In this document: positions 13,301-28,200 of the stretch, piece by piece
Position numbering within the stretch: position 1 is the stretch's first letter
How the letters are laid out: each line of letters begins with the position of its first letter
DNA from: Trichoplax adhaerens
Lineage: Eukaryota > Animalia > Placozoa
Direction: 5' to 3'
DNA length: 64,000 nucleotides
NCBI RefSeq assembly: GCF_000150275.1
Contig: NW_002060951.1
Coordinates: 374,775 to 438,774, forward strand
Notes under the pieces: model-generated
What the model was told of the DNA's origin: nothing
The model's database searches: none
What the model saw: only the letters and a program-made list of their open reading frames with translations
Position numbers and translations under genes: made by a program

Positions 13301-16300
13301 AATTAAAAGCGTTATAAAAATGCATCTATCGCTTAATAGAAGTAAAAAAGCATCGGAGATTTAAAATTAAATTACTTAAAATTCTGTTAATAGATAGAAC
13401 GCTACAATAGGCACTGATGATCTTATATTAATTGCCTGCAAGCAAAGATTATTTATAAAGCGTATCCACTTGTCCATTTAATAACAGGGAAGTATCGTTA
13501 AACCTTTTCAGAATATGGAATGTACATTGTACATGTTAACAGTAGTTAAATAAGCTTTTAAAGTTTAAGAATAATCATGCCAGAATATCTTTATTGTTCA
13601 GATATTTATTGCTAGTATAGCTGATTTCATCGTCATGTTTTAAAATAATCTATAAGTATAACGCTAATTCTAATCAATGAAAGTATATAAAATATAACAT
13701 ATTTATCATTATATGAAATATATGGTAATTATATAATTAGAATGCAAATTAATAAACTTACGATTGTTCTCACCAATAATATAATTTGATGCCGAGAATA
13801 ATTTTGATTCGCAAATAATTTAATAATATTGGAATCGTGAAATATCAATGCTAGAAATAACGCAACAAACGGCAATTAAGCTAGTGCGTTAACATTCTAA
13901 TATAGAAAAATTTAAGAGAATTGCATTATGGAAAATAATTATTAATTTAATTTCTATTTATCTACATGACTATACTATCACATGCAACTTTTCCATTATT
14001 AATTCTAAGCAACTAGTATAATGAATGCAAAGAAGTTAGGAATTCTTTGTAAGAATATTTATAAAAATGATATTGAGTTGATGTGCTATTGCATATGCAT
14101 TTTATGGCCCTTGTTAAGGATTACTTATAGTCAATTTGATTCATCAATAAACAATTGTGTATTTTATACTGTATGAGAAGACAATTTTAATTTCAATCGA
14201 TTGCAATATTTTCAATTCAATTAGTACACAATCTTGGAATATATTTAAAGATATCCTAAAGAACAGCTGCTTAAGGGTGGCATCCATCATTCAGATATTC
14301 TAGCTCAAGTCGTAATTTAGCAAAGACAGAGCCAAGTATCTCATTGTTATAGTAGTACGAAATAAGTTGTAAAGATGGAGAGGTTGAGATTAATAAGTGG
14401 TACAGCAGTGCTTAAAATTATTAATTGCCAACAGTATGAGAATTAAATTTATGAATCATTAATGCTGAAGCGACGGAGAAGAGGTATCAGAGTGCAAGCT
14501 GTTTCATTCTAAATATAATCTTAAATTAGTAGCTAAGCTCTGGTGTTTAATCCAACTGATTACAGTATTGACGCAACAAGCAGCAGTAAAATATTTACAT
14601 TTGAGAGATTAAAGAAACAACACACTACAATCTCTTGAATGATTTGAGCTAAAGACATTCCTAAAGATTCAAAAGTCGTCTATTCATAAGTATATTCTTG
14701 CGCAATGTGCATGTGTCACGGTCATCAAAATAACTTAGATATGTGTGTGTAGTTTATGATAACATTTTGTTTTTAAACTTATTAGAAGTATGAACTACTA
14801 CTTTAGGAATTGTTATTGTTAGTAATAAACTAAGTTTATTATAATATTATGACGATATAGCAATATGTTACAAATAAGTACCGAGAATATAGGAGTTTGG
14901 TATAACTTGCAATCGAAGTAGGCTTACGTGTGAAATTGTCTATTACCCCGAATGTCCGTATTTGATAATTTAATCGTAATAACATGTTGGCTATTGAAAT
15001 ACGTTGATAGCATAGTAAATATGTTATAACGACTGAAAAAGTATATAAGTAGGATTGTGATCAATAAAAAGTGGTTCAGGTTAAGGCGAAGTTGTGTGAG
15101 AGTTATATACCGTATACTGTGTTGAGCGAGTTAGTGTGTACTTTGCAAGAATTCCAATCACTATACTGTAGGCTAGGGAAGTAGTTCTGCGGATTGAGGT
15201 AAAGTTTATTATAAGTACTGTCTTGTTTTCTTGAGTTGCAAGGGTAGTTGTGGCAGCATGCTTATGAAATATCTTTGGGAAATAACGCAAGCTATAACAG
15301 CTACTTCTTTATTTAGTTCTTCATATTATTAGGTATTATTTAAAATTTAGAAATTATAAAACCTTTTTCGCTGAACACATAAAATCTCTAGAAATATTCT
15401 TTATTCTATAGACGTTTCTAATTCCACTGCTAGCTTAGTTTACAATTAGTCATGACTAGACCAGACTTTAGCAGCATAGTTCTGCACTAAGCTGATCTAA
15501 CCAGCAAGAAATAGTTACTCACCTGCCGCATTGCAAAGGAGGAAGATTCTATTTGTAGATTCAATAGCTAGACAATGTTTCATTATTTTCGAATTCTTAT
15601 TCAATTATATTCGAATTAAGTTCATAAGTTCTTAAATATCACCCATCAATATTAAAATCAATTAGTTTAGCATTATTTTATCGATTTAATATTTATTTCA
15701 TATATACCAAGAACTTTAGAGTAGATAGACAGATAGAAATTCTCTCAGAAGCATTTTGTTTTTAATATTTTACTGCGTCCATCGTTGGTATTTAGATAAA
15801 TCTGTGTGTTACAGCAGTAAGTTCTCTTCCTTTAATTAGCATCTAGAAGGTCCATATGTCCTAGGCCATTTTTATTAAATTATTAAGATTTTACTAATAA
15901 TTTTAAAGCCAGTAGCTGTAAATTAATTTTAAGAGTAAATATAATAATATCTCTATTATATGAAGGTGGAAAATGATAACTGATGGTGCATTTTTTATTT
16001 ATTGTCGTATTAGAATATACATATATAAACAGCGCCTCGAGGATGCTAGTGATCTTTTTATTGCGTTGAATCGGAGCGGCAATTGCGTACTGTTTTTGCA
16101 TAATAATGTATACCAAAAGCTTAATATGAATGCCTATGCAAAAGGTATACACGTATATATATAAATCACCAAAAATAGTCCGAAAGAATGAAATTGAAAA
16201 TCAGTGAGGAGAAGGAGTAAATTGAGATAGAATTACTGAAGTTTAGTTACTGAGGATTAATAGCAATCTTCATATTCTTAAATCTATTTTACATTATGGG

Positions 16301-19300
16301 TAGATTTTGTTTTACTTCTCTATTAATTCTTCATTTCTAAACTAAGCATCTTCTTTGTTGCTATAAGATTTAATACTAAATTACACATTACGGGTGTAAT
16401 TTATATTCAATTTAGATGCAAGAATTATAGAAAGAATCCATGAAATAGAAGGTGAATTCTTATTTACAATTCACATTACAATGGAAGGAAGAGAAAACAT
16501 CCTGCATCATGTCACGGCTAAAATTACAATAAAATGTCATTTAAATCAATTCACTTTTATGACTGAGATGACTGACATGCATCCAGTTAATTGCTTTATA
16601 GCAAAATATTAACATTATGAATAATGGAATAATAAATGCATTTTCATTCTATATAAAATTAAATCAAAATATTCATATTTCTTAATAAATTCGTACATAT
16701 TACTAATAAAAAAAAGTTGACACCTAGCTATTACAGCATTCTTTTATTAATTTCAAAACCATTTTTCGATATTTAAGTTAAAATAGAATAAGATTGTTAT
16801 CACACCGTTTTCAACTTAATATAGTTGTAATTAAGTGATAATTAATTTCAGTTTATTGCAATATTAGGATAAGTACCAAACATGTCTGATGATAGCATAA
16901 CTAAAATAAGCTATTCTAGAATACTTTAGCTTGCAGAATTGGTGTTGATAGTTTTACAGTTCGGGAAAATCTCCTTGAATACTTACTAAATAGCATTCGC
17001 CCGTTTGAAAGATTGAAACCTGTACGACATTTTAACTGATCTATAGCAAGCGTTATGGACAACAATGGACATGATTATTTTTCTTAGTGGTCATGTTTCA
17101 TTGATAGTCTATTTGTACAGTAATTACTAAAGACTACCGGAATCTATTTATCTCTGCTGCTTACCTTCGGTACTGAGAATACCTGATAAATCAACAATAA
17201 TAATATGATTAACTTCAGCATGTTCATCAAAGTACAGCATATACCTAGATAGCATTAATTACAATAGTTTAAGGAGAGAACTTTGGCAATAAAAATAGAA
17301 AATTTTATTCCTAACAACCGTCATTTAAACGTGAAACATTATTAAAAATAAAAAATTCGATTAAATTTCTTTCAGTTTTAGGAAATAGCCGTCAAAACTA
17401 ACAATATAATGAAACAGCTGCATGAGGGTTGCAAGAAAAGTTACATCATAATTCAAGACACCATCTAATTTACCAGAATTTTTGACATAATTAAAGACCT
17501 ATCGGTAGACCATCCATTTCTGCTATGCCTACTCTCTGTCCTATTGTTAATATGATACAACAAAATCGATTTCCAACATTGGAGAAAGTCATAATTTAAA
17601 ATTCCAACTCTTTCTTCCTAGATCACGAAATTAAGCAATTACATTACAGGGTCCAGAGAAATTAATATTTATTGTTGTTCGATAGGCACAGAAGTGTTCT
17701 TAACTGATGAGGTCAATATCAGGCTTGTCTATGAATAGTATATTTTTACTGGGTCAATTCTATGTAGGAAAACAATATCTACCTTGTAACTTGGGTAAAA
17801 TCTGAACAAGGTGTACAATACAAAACGCTATCTTCTTCGATGAAATACAGAAATCTTTTAGATTCAATGAACCAGATCAATTAAAAGTTTATATTAATAT
17901 AGTGTTGATCATTTCTCTGTCATTAAAAATTTATAGATGTCGTTTGCAATACCGACAAGATGAAGACGGTTTACAAACATATTGGTCAGCTATACTAAAG
18001 ATACCGTTGGAAAAAATTTCACGAAATAAACTTATATTCCTATTAATAGTTAACTATCGTGGCTGACACAACGTTCACTTTATGTTTTGTCGTGATTTGT
18101 CGCCGTGGTAAAAATATAATTCAAATTCTATTGCCGGTAGGAGATTACAAGCTTGTTGTTTTATCTTGATCAGAGTATTATTTTTAATTGCTGTCAATTT
18201 TGAACTACTTTGATTGTAGAACAACTGCCCTCCCTTCCTTCCTTTCTCTTCATTTCCTTCTGTTTTCCATGGTATTATGTTCGTCTTTAACGGATAATGA
18301 AACAGATGGTTTCATGTTCAAAAATTACATGAAAAACAATAGCCACATTTTTTTTGTGATCTTATTTAATATTTTATAATTATCAAGCTGATATAATGCT
18401 TTTAATACTGTTTACTTTAATAGTCAGAAATTTCAGAGGATCTTCTCCAACCTTTTGCATTGACTAAAAGCTGATATAATCTATTTCATTATTGTTATTA
18501 TCACTTTTCTTTCAATTCTTATCTTTGTTGTTTTAGAGGCCAGCATAATTCATGTCAATTTTGAAAAATAGGATTTAAGATAAAAAACCGTCAGTTTATT
18601 AATAATGTTGGTGTAAAGCCAATCAGCGACGACTTTTTGTTCAAATTGTTGTTATTGCCAAATTTATTTTACTAACTTGTAGATGGAATATCAAAATGTT
18701 TAATGCCAATGTCATAACATTGTTGAAAGTTACAATTACCCAATTTTAGTAAGGCTAACTAAAAGTAGTATAATAAATGAACCGGGTAATGCATTTTGCT
18801 TCCTATAGCAATCTTTGTATTTTTTAGTATATCCCTGCTGATAAATATTATATATCTTGATGATCGTATCTCGGGCCTTCTTCTATGGAATAGCTAATGA
18901 AGTAGAAGATTAACGTGTTTCTTTATGGGCATTTTCTAATTATTTGTAGTTTTCATGATCGCCATTTATCATATAATTTAACTGACTGGTTGTTTGTACT
19001 CATTTACTACTTTTGTGTTATGGAAATGGAATACAGTAAAAAATATCATATGCATGTTTTATATGATTTCATTTATAATTAAAATTGCAACAAAAAATCT
19101 GCCATACTTACAAGAATTTCAGTCACTGTAATTTAAGCAATATATGCTGCTGACTTCGGCCACATATCGTTCATAGATTCAATAATGTGGTTATGATATA
19201 ATCTAAACTACTTTAATTACCGATTGATAAGATCGAATTTTTAGCTTAATACGACAACAATTATATCATCAACAAACAAATCAAAATGAGAAACTTTTTA

Positions 19301-22139
19301 CTGATGCATTATTATATGCGGTGATAAATGTTTAATTATATCTCTTGGTAAGCGAAATGATAATCGTCTATTTAGCTAATTTTAAGTCTGTATTATTGAT
19401 CTTCTTTATCGACCCCTATCTTAATGTTTTCCCCAAGTAAATTTTAAAACAGCGTAATTCTCGATACTGTGGTCATAGTTCTTAAAAGTAGAGTAAATAT
19501 ACCTCTAATAATAAATTTTAGTTTAGTATCTTCTAATACTTATACTTGATACGGGTCGATCATGTATTAATATATTAATACCCATATTGACTCATTATTA
19601 TTGGTTTTATTGTACTAAAGTATGTTTAAATGATCAGCATTATTGAAATTGGTTAGGTCAATTTAATCTAGGTTTTTATCAACTGTCAATGTTTAATTTT
19701 CGTAAGTAGGACTTGACGCCATATACTGTATATATATAGACGTTACAATTATAATTGAAAGAGAAAGCTTCGATATAGTCTAATTAACTTATTTCGTTTC
19801 GGCCAATTGTTAGCAGCTCGGTTAGATATATTAAATCTAAATTTTTAGTTAGTAAAACTGCCTATTTATAGCTCAACATGATATTTTCAGCATTTTATTA
19901 CTATATTGTACTATTTAAAATAATATCAGCAATCTCATTGAGAGCTAAAAGGACGTAGTGGCCATACAGATTTCTTTGCATCGAACTATAGAATCTTAAT
20001 TAATTGTTTTACTGTTTAAGTAAGCAGTTTCTCTCGATATAAGAATCTATAAGCAAAAGCCATTGACATCACCAGATAAGAACTTATGACTAAACCCGAT
20101 ACCATAGGATCAGTTAGCTTCAAGATGAATATAATTGTTACTATACTGTACATCATTTCATATACTGTACTATCACCTAGAGCGGAATATTGTATCGGAG
20201 TTGTAGTTAACGCTTAAGCTGTATCCAATAGTTGTGGTACTAACTTCAAATAGTGACATAGTCACTGATGTTATGATTGAAATCCTCTCATGTTAATTAA
20301 AATGTTAATCAATTTTCGCTACTCACATGTTATTGTTAGATGTTTTGTGGCCAGAAAATATTATAATCGTAGTTGGTAGCCTTCACAAGGATAACAAAGA
20401 AACCAATAGCCAAATGAAGTCGTTTCGGAGCGGCAGAATTAATGTAATATAGCGCCATCCTTCTCTTGCTTTAAAAGCAAAATTGAACAAAAGAAAGATA
20501 TCAATATTCGTCGCAGCTGCTAATATGTTGCTGCATATGGTATAGCAACTATTTCTATTTCAAGATATTTGAATGAGATAAGGATGGATGATCAACGTGT
20601 TTTAAAAAGTTAGCTAGATTTTACAGATCTTCTCGACCTTAAATTTCTTTTAGTATGCGGATTTAATTACATTGAATATAGCCATTAATAGGTCAATTAA
20701 TTCCCTTATTTCATTTAGTTTTTATTTAATTGGATTACTTATTGTTGAATTTCTTCATTATTCATGGATTACATATTCTTTCAACTTTAGATGAGGTAAT
20801 ATTTACATAATAACTGGATCTCTATATTTTCCCTTGTAGTAATCTTCGCAATCAGTATCTATAGCATGTACTGTAATGTAATTAATGAATAATTTTTGTA
20901 ATGAATAACATAAAAATAGGAAATAAGTTAAGTAATCAGAGAAGAAATTAATAGATTTTAGCAATTTTTAAAAGTTTGCTCCTTAATAAATATTTTTTTG
21001 CATTTCAATTTAACAAAAATTTTACTAATAATTGTTAATTTTCAGATTTTGGAATGATCTATTAAAATATTAAGAATTGAAACCTTCGTTGGTCATAATT
21101 TCACGATGATGAGATTAAATGTTACAGTAGTGAAGAGCTTTAAGTTTTTATTTCATTGTTAAAATTTTTGATAAATTGGCTTCATCTTAAGTGTTAAACT
21201 ACGATGGTTATCGTACTATTTTTATTTATTAAGTATTAAAATAATTGTTAACTTATCGAGTAAGTTAAATTGGTATATCCTCAAATAAATTTTAGTAAAT
21301 AATGTAAAACGATTAAAATTAGCATAAAGAAATAAAATAACATAGCCTAAGCAGATGGTATTTTTATAGTTGACAATCAAGACTTATGAATCAATTAATT
21401 TTATTTTAAAAGACAGAAATTCTGCAATTATATGGCTCAGTCTTTGCCTTGAACCAAAAGGCTTAGATTTGATATAAAAAGCTATAGAGTGATTCAACTG
21501 CATTATTTCAAGTGAACGGTACTTAATCGTCTACTGCAATATTTAAATCACTTTTACTGAACTTTTTTTAATGTACATGCAGAATTACGATGATGCTTAC
21601 ATCTCACACAACTTGATATACGAGTATTGTATCTCAATGGGTCATAATCTATCAATTTTAAACCATCAATACAAAGTAACAAAAAATTTGCATAGATTAG
21701 GTTTTACTTCCAGATTATTATACTGATTTATCTTTGTAAAGAAAATCTAAAATCATGAGCCAAAAGCATTTAACAAAAAATTAGGATTCAAGGTTCACGT
21801 ATTGTAGTCTATAATCCTTATCTATAGAATGGCAAAACGTGCCTAGATTTTCTATATGTTTCGCGGATGCTTAAAGATTATTGTGCATAATAGTTTTTAT
21901 TAAAGTGAGGTTAATATGGATCTGATAAATCCGTTAGAAGATGATTATAATTGCAGTTAGACTTGTTTCACATTGTCTTTAGACACAATGAATAGTCAAT
22001 CGTTATTGCATGATTAATCATTAGAGACATTTTGGCGGCTAGATATTGAAAAATATGTTCCGCATGTATACAAATTTAGGCAAATCATAATATTTTAGGA
22101 ACAAATTTCTTGTTATTCTGTTTTATTTTAAGGTATAAT

Positions 22140-22229
22140 TGTTACGGCCATTCTTAGGAATGGCCACAGTCTTAGCATTAGCCGTGGCCAACCTTAAGGA
22201 TAAAATCATTCTTAGGAATAGCCGTAACA
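22140..22229. mobile_element. 90-bp MITE-like element with TGT...ACA termini, ~23-bp imperfect TIRs and a 4-bp TAAT flanking duplication
   Basis: Left end TGTTACGGCCATTCTTAGGAATG; reverse complement of right end TGTTACGGCTATTCCTAAGAATG (20/23 identical). TAAT at 22136-22139 and 22230-22233. GC-richer than its flanks. Confidence 0.55.
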
Positions 22230-25200
22230 TAATCAATGAATAAAATAAATTTCGAGGCACTGTAAGGTGAATTAGCTGATTTATAACCTGAAAAAAATAA
22301 TGCTTATTAAAAATATCTATGATAGAATTGCATGTGCTTTCAGAATAATGTTAAAAGCCTGATGACTCATGATGACTCACAAATAATAATTATTATCACC
22401 AAATGATATGGACTTTAAATACAATTACTCTTATAACAATGATTCGGTATTGACCAGGAGCGTCTATCTTTCGGTAGATTATTTTATTAATGAGATTCAG
22501 ATGGAAAACCATGTGCTTATTAGGGCTATATTCTGAATCATGGATAACTAATGGCGAGAAGTACTAGTAATAAGTCTGCTATTCCGTAAGACTGAAGTAA
22601 TCGTTGAAAACAATAATAATTGAAGTAATTCGTTGAACGCTAAAGCAATCAATAAAGGCAAATAACCATTATGTAATTTATTGTATCACAGAGTACAGAT
22701 GACGAATTTTCGATTCGATTAATTTTAGACTTGAACGGCTTTAAAAGCTACGGAGGTATGTTTACGCTCATTATTATTCGAAAATTATTGCTAATTATTC
22801 AATTTATTTGCAATGGCTTCGATCTATATTATTTCTATATTATGATACGATATTTTCATGATTACAACTGCATCTTAATCTAAATCTAAGGATGCCTTGA
22901 TTTCACTTGTTATCAGTTGCTAGGTTATATAAAGATAGCAATAATAGCATGTAATCATATTACTGGAATAATTCAATCAATATAAAATGACTATCTTTAT
23001 AGTGCGAACAATATCTGATATATTATTGATAATGACTGCGATAGGAATCTAATTTGGCGTGAAATAACAATGAAATTGAGTTAATATTCTAGGTTGTCTT
23101 ATAGTAGCAATCGTAGATAAACGCTACTGTTCATGTTATTGATATCAACGTACACGCAATGCTAAAATAAACATGCGAATTAACAAATTTCACCTTATTA
23201 CAGTCGATTATAGATTCTATGTTAACGTGATGTAACGTACGGTGTAGATTAATTAAGCACATATCATACTTTACAATAACTAGATTTTCCTAAACTTCTG
23301 CAATCATCAACTAATCATATAACTTTAAATTTGTTTAGCTACAATTTTTCAACATTTTTAATTATTATAATTACTTACATCAATAATATAATTCGTAGGC
23401 AAGATGCTTCGATGGTTTTAAATATTATCTGGTGAAAGAACTAAATTAAGATAAATAAATAGACTAGCTTTTATTAAAAGCAAGACTTTACTTGAGTATA
23501 CGTACTTCGTGTAGATCGATATAAATGAAGCTTCTATGTGATAAAATAAATGTTAGGATAATATGGCAATATTCAGTCTATTAGTAGTGCAAGTAAAGTT
23601 ACGTATAGTAGTCGAGCTAGTGATTAAGACCAATACTAGAAATGATGACACTCGCTTATGTATTCAGAGCCACCTCATTAATTTCCAAAAGAGATAAAGA
23701 ATTTATAATATTTATATCATACATATCGTTTGCTAAAGTAAGGACTAGGTTATACAGCTTTAGAAACTCACAAATTTAACATTAATGATAACAATTGTGA
23801 ACAAGAAAGGGGTTGCTCGTAGATGAAGCTATTATTAAGGCGTCCACTTAAGAAATACGGGTAAAGCACGTGCTTTACTTCGCAAAATTATCGAATAAAG
23901 TGTATGAGATGCACATCTTCAGCAGCAAGATATTTATTTTATACCTTATAAGGACTAGCATGATTGAGATTTTCTTGCCTTTGTAGCCTATTTACAAGCG
24001 AGAACAATAAAAGCATTCATTATCTTTCGTGTGCTAATGATACACAAATGTCGTGAACATATGATCGTAAAGGCTGGCCAGTCGATTTAATCGTAATCAA
24101 TAATATATAACGGAAAGTATTATTGGCTTTAAATCTCTTACTACCCCTACCATATCGTTTGCAAATTGTTGTTTTGTATCTATATACATTGTGTTATATA
24201 TTAATAATCAAAGCTACATGTGTATTGAGATCGCAGAATATAGCGAAACTTAAATTACAATATAGACTACTACATAGGGAATTATGTTGTCGTGGTGAGT
24301 GCTGTGAAACTTTACCGAAATTTGAATACATACTATAAGTTATTTGAAGTATCTACATGGATTAAAATGTTGCTATTGTTGTAGTCTATAGAGTTCTTTA
24401 CTTGTTTGCGCTATTTTCTATTTCTAGTTATAGAGTTATAGAGGTTAAACTGTGAAATTATATACAAAAGAAAATGGAGATTATCTCACGTAGTCATCAT
24501 TGAGACGTGGTACTAAATTGAAATCACAGTTAAATGAACAAGTTTCGAAAGAGAATAAGAAAGACAGTGGGGAAGAGAGAGCAAATAAGAAACTGTTTTA
24601 GTATGATCCAACTAACAATAACAGTAGCTCAGTCTGGTTATTTTAATCCGTCAATTTTGATAGAAATCAGCAGAATGATGCCTTGGTCGATCTTATAGTT
24701 TGAATGAAATCCTGTTAAATTTGTATTGTAGGACCATTAGTCAATAACTATTGTTTTGTTTAGAAGATTTTGCTCGCGGCTTTAGCATGGCTACACGATT
24801 TAGCGTTTTCTTTGTCTGAAATTCGTAAATGGGGAAAAAATTATATATTGCCAACCATTGAAGTTATAAAGCGTTTATTTTAATCCTGGATGTAAGAGCT
24901 ATTGTTTACTTGCATTTGATTCGATGATTAAAATTAAAAGAAAGACAGACAAGATTGTGTCCAAGCCTAAATGATACAATATAGCAAACACCTTCATCAT
25001 CAATTCTTTACAAAGGTAATGCTGACCGAAGGCAATTGTAACTAAATTAATTTTTCATTTACTGAAAGGATTACGTCAAGAATTAATGTCCACAAGTATC
25101 CCAGCATATATAGTGAATGATAGTCTACAACAATTGCATTGTTGATTCAAAACAAAATCAATTATTTTTTCTTTTTCAATCATCAATTCAATTATAAGAC

Positions 25201-28200
25201 AATATTATGATTACATTTCAATCTATACCTCAAGGCAGGTGGATCAATTGGATGTTTAAAGCTGTGTTGCTTGTTTTCTTCTTGATATCTCCCTTCATAA
25301 TTAAAATAGTACCTTCAATCACAGCAATAACTCTATTTACTTCTTTGTCTGTCATCACCTAGTTACAATTACGTCCTGTTTCCTATTTCCTTTTTTTCAT
25401 TTAGTGACGGCACTAGACAGTAGATTTATACAACAACTAGTCGTTTTTCATGTCTACAATCTATTGATAAGTTACTTGTCTCAAGTTATTCTAATATCAA
25501 CAATCGACAACATATAATGATGTTAAGACAAGTGGCTGATATTGACCTTCAACAACTCTTACTTTAACTCTTAACATTGTTCTCTTACCATCGAAGCTGC
25601 ATCATCTGATCAATGTGATTAAATAGCAATTGGATTACCATATTGCAGCGATAGCATTGGCCCAACTTTTCAATTATGTTATTCTATCAACGGATCGCCA
25701 TTTTAGCTTAACATTCGCATAACATGTCCGCACAGGTAGATATCATTAGCATAGCTATCGATCTGTAGTGATGTCTTAGATAGTTTTTCAGACCTTTATT
25801 CTGTCGATTGCTATCAGAATCTTTTGTTTCTTTCATTTAGTCAATAATCTATTTTCCAATATTACGCAAGATTGATTCCCATAACACACCATCAATTTAT
25901 TCTATTACAAGCATATCTTAATATTACTTTTAAATAGAAATTCTTTTCAGGTTAAACTTTAAATTGATTATAATTAAAGTAATTTTTTAATGATAGTGTA
26001 GCAATAAAAGCTTACTTGAAGATGATATAAATTCTATATATCGGAAGCAATTTGCCTTGTGGGTCATAAATTTGCAATGAGAGCATTCAAGAGTAGATTT
26101 ATTTTAGTAACAATGATTTACAGCTATTCAATTAATTTATGGACATAGAAATATAGTATTTTTATAAGATTAGTTACATTCTTAGTATTTAATTAATTTT
26201 TTTTCTTGACGATTACTGGTGAAGTCAACAATATAAAATAGTTACGGTACAAAATTTGTAACGGAAAATAGAAAGTGGATGGAGAGAATAGCTTATACTA
26301 ATCCGTAGAATATAGATTCTATTATATTAATAACACGGCACGCAAGCAAATCAATCCTTTTTATTAATTTGAATAGAGGCGATTATTCATTTACTATGAT
26401 ATGGGTCGAATTTCTCGTGAGATTTTTATTCTATCAAAGTGTTACCTATTCAATTGTTGTGTTGCTTCTCTTATTATAGCAGTAACGTCTGATATATTCA
26501 CATGACGATAATTTAATATTCTAAAATATCAATATGAACGGAAATTATTCTTCTACTAACCTGGTATCAAGACTTTAATAGGAATCGATTTTTTTATTGC
26601 AAGGGCAGTATGAAATCAATCAAGAAAAATATTTGTCTGGGATTAGATAAAACATCATTGTCCATATATACTATCTGTAATACACAGCGAGTTTTTAAAT
26701 TTCAAATTTTCCGTTGCCGTGATAATCGAAAACTAAGTTGATAAGCAGCATACTATAAATTACATTAACAATACTGTAGTTAGTTAGTTACGATTGATCA
26801 TATGTAGATGTTAAGGGATATACTTGGATTGTTGCAATATTAAATTTAAATATTAAAAAAATTATATCATTAATTCGTATCATGATGGCAACAATGTCGA
26901 TAATTATAATTAATGTCCCTAGAAATAAAAAGAATAGCTAGAGAAGTATATTTCCTTACAATAAAATTATAACGCATAAATATTTGTTTAACAACTCAAA
27001 TACAATTTGTTCGATCTATAGCAAAAATTTTTTAACGGGTAGTGTTATCGATACTAAATGTTATTTTTTAAAAGAAAGCAGCTTAAATTCTCCAAAAAAT
27101 ATTGCAGAAAATAATTGTTTTTCATACAGCGGAGGCAATTTTGATGATAAATTCCATCGATATTTTATTTTAATTTTGAAGAAGCTTTATTTTTAATTTT
27201 CGATCTTGGATGTCGTCTCACTGGGAAGTGTTTTCCCTTTGAGTTGAAAGCCTTACTGTATCAATTACTCAAGATTAAAATTGATGTAATGTAGTGGATA
27301 TTAATTTAAAAAAGAACTGTTTGACTCTACCTTAATGCAAGCACTAAGTTATTGTAATGACAGTTAATCCCCAAGCCCTTTATGTCCTTAAATTAATCCA
27401 TATAATTATTGCTGCACCGATATTTTTTAATTATTCAGTTTTTAATCGCTATCAATAGCTAGTATGATTGATAAAATGCTTAAAATTGAGTGATTTAAGG
27501 GTACGAGAGAAGAAGGTTGGAATTAATAACATAATTGATAACATATAATAATTGTAGTAATTATATTTAGTAAAGTTGGATAATCTCAATTGTCTTAAAT
27601 ATTGCTATTGGGCAAATATATGCAGTTGTTGAGTAATTTGAGCTACAGCAGGTAATACACAGAGCTGAAACGATTATTCCTTCACTGTTTGTATTAATGT
27701 TTTTGTTCTGTTTAATATGCTAACAACTTCAATAAGATCATTCCAACTTGCTAGTAACTTTGATCCAATCCCTCATGAGCAAGTAAATTAGTCATCGATG
27801 CTAAGAGAAAAACTAATTTGTGTTGATAATATTTCATTAATGTTACAAGAGAATAATTTTTTAATTAACTGTACATTATTTTCCATCGTTATGATAGCTA
27901 TAAATCTGACATAATGCTTTGGTATTTTCATCAATATTTTTCTATACATTTTTTTTACATCCTTCAATTTGAACTATGAGTTCGATATTAAACCAATGTT
28001 GTGGATGATTAAGTAGAAGAATCGATTTGGACATTATATTGGCATCAACTTTCTAGTATTAAAGTTATCGATTAATTTGGTGTATTCTTGAATGTTTCGT
28101 CTTGATTAACTAGAAATAAAGTGACAACAAAATCAAGCAAGTCATTGATCTATCAAAGCGACACCTTGATTGTTTGATGATAATGTCGCATTAAAACCGC

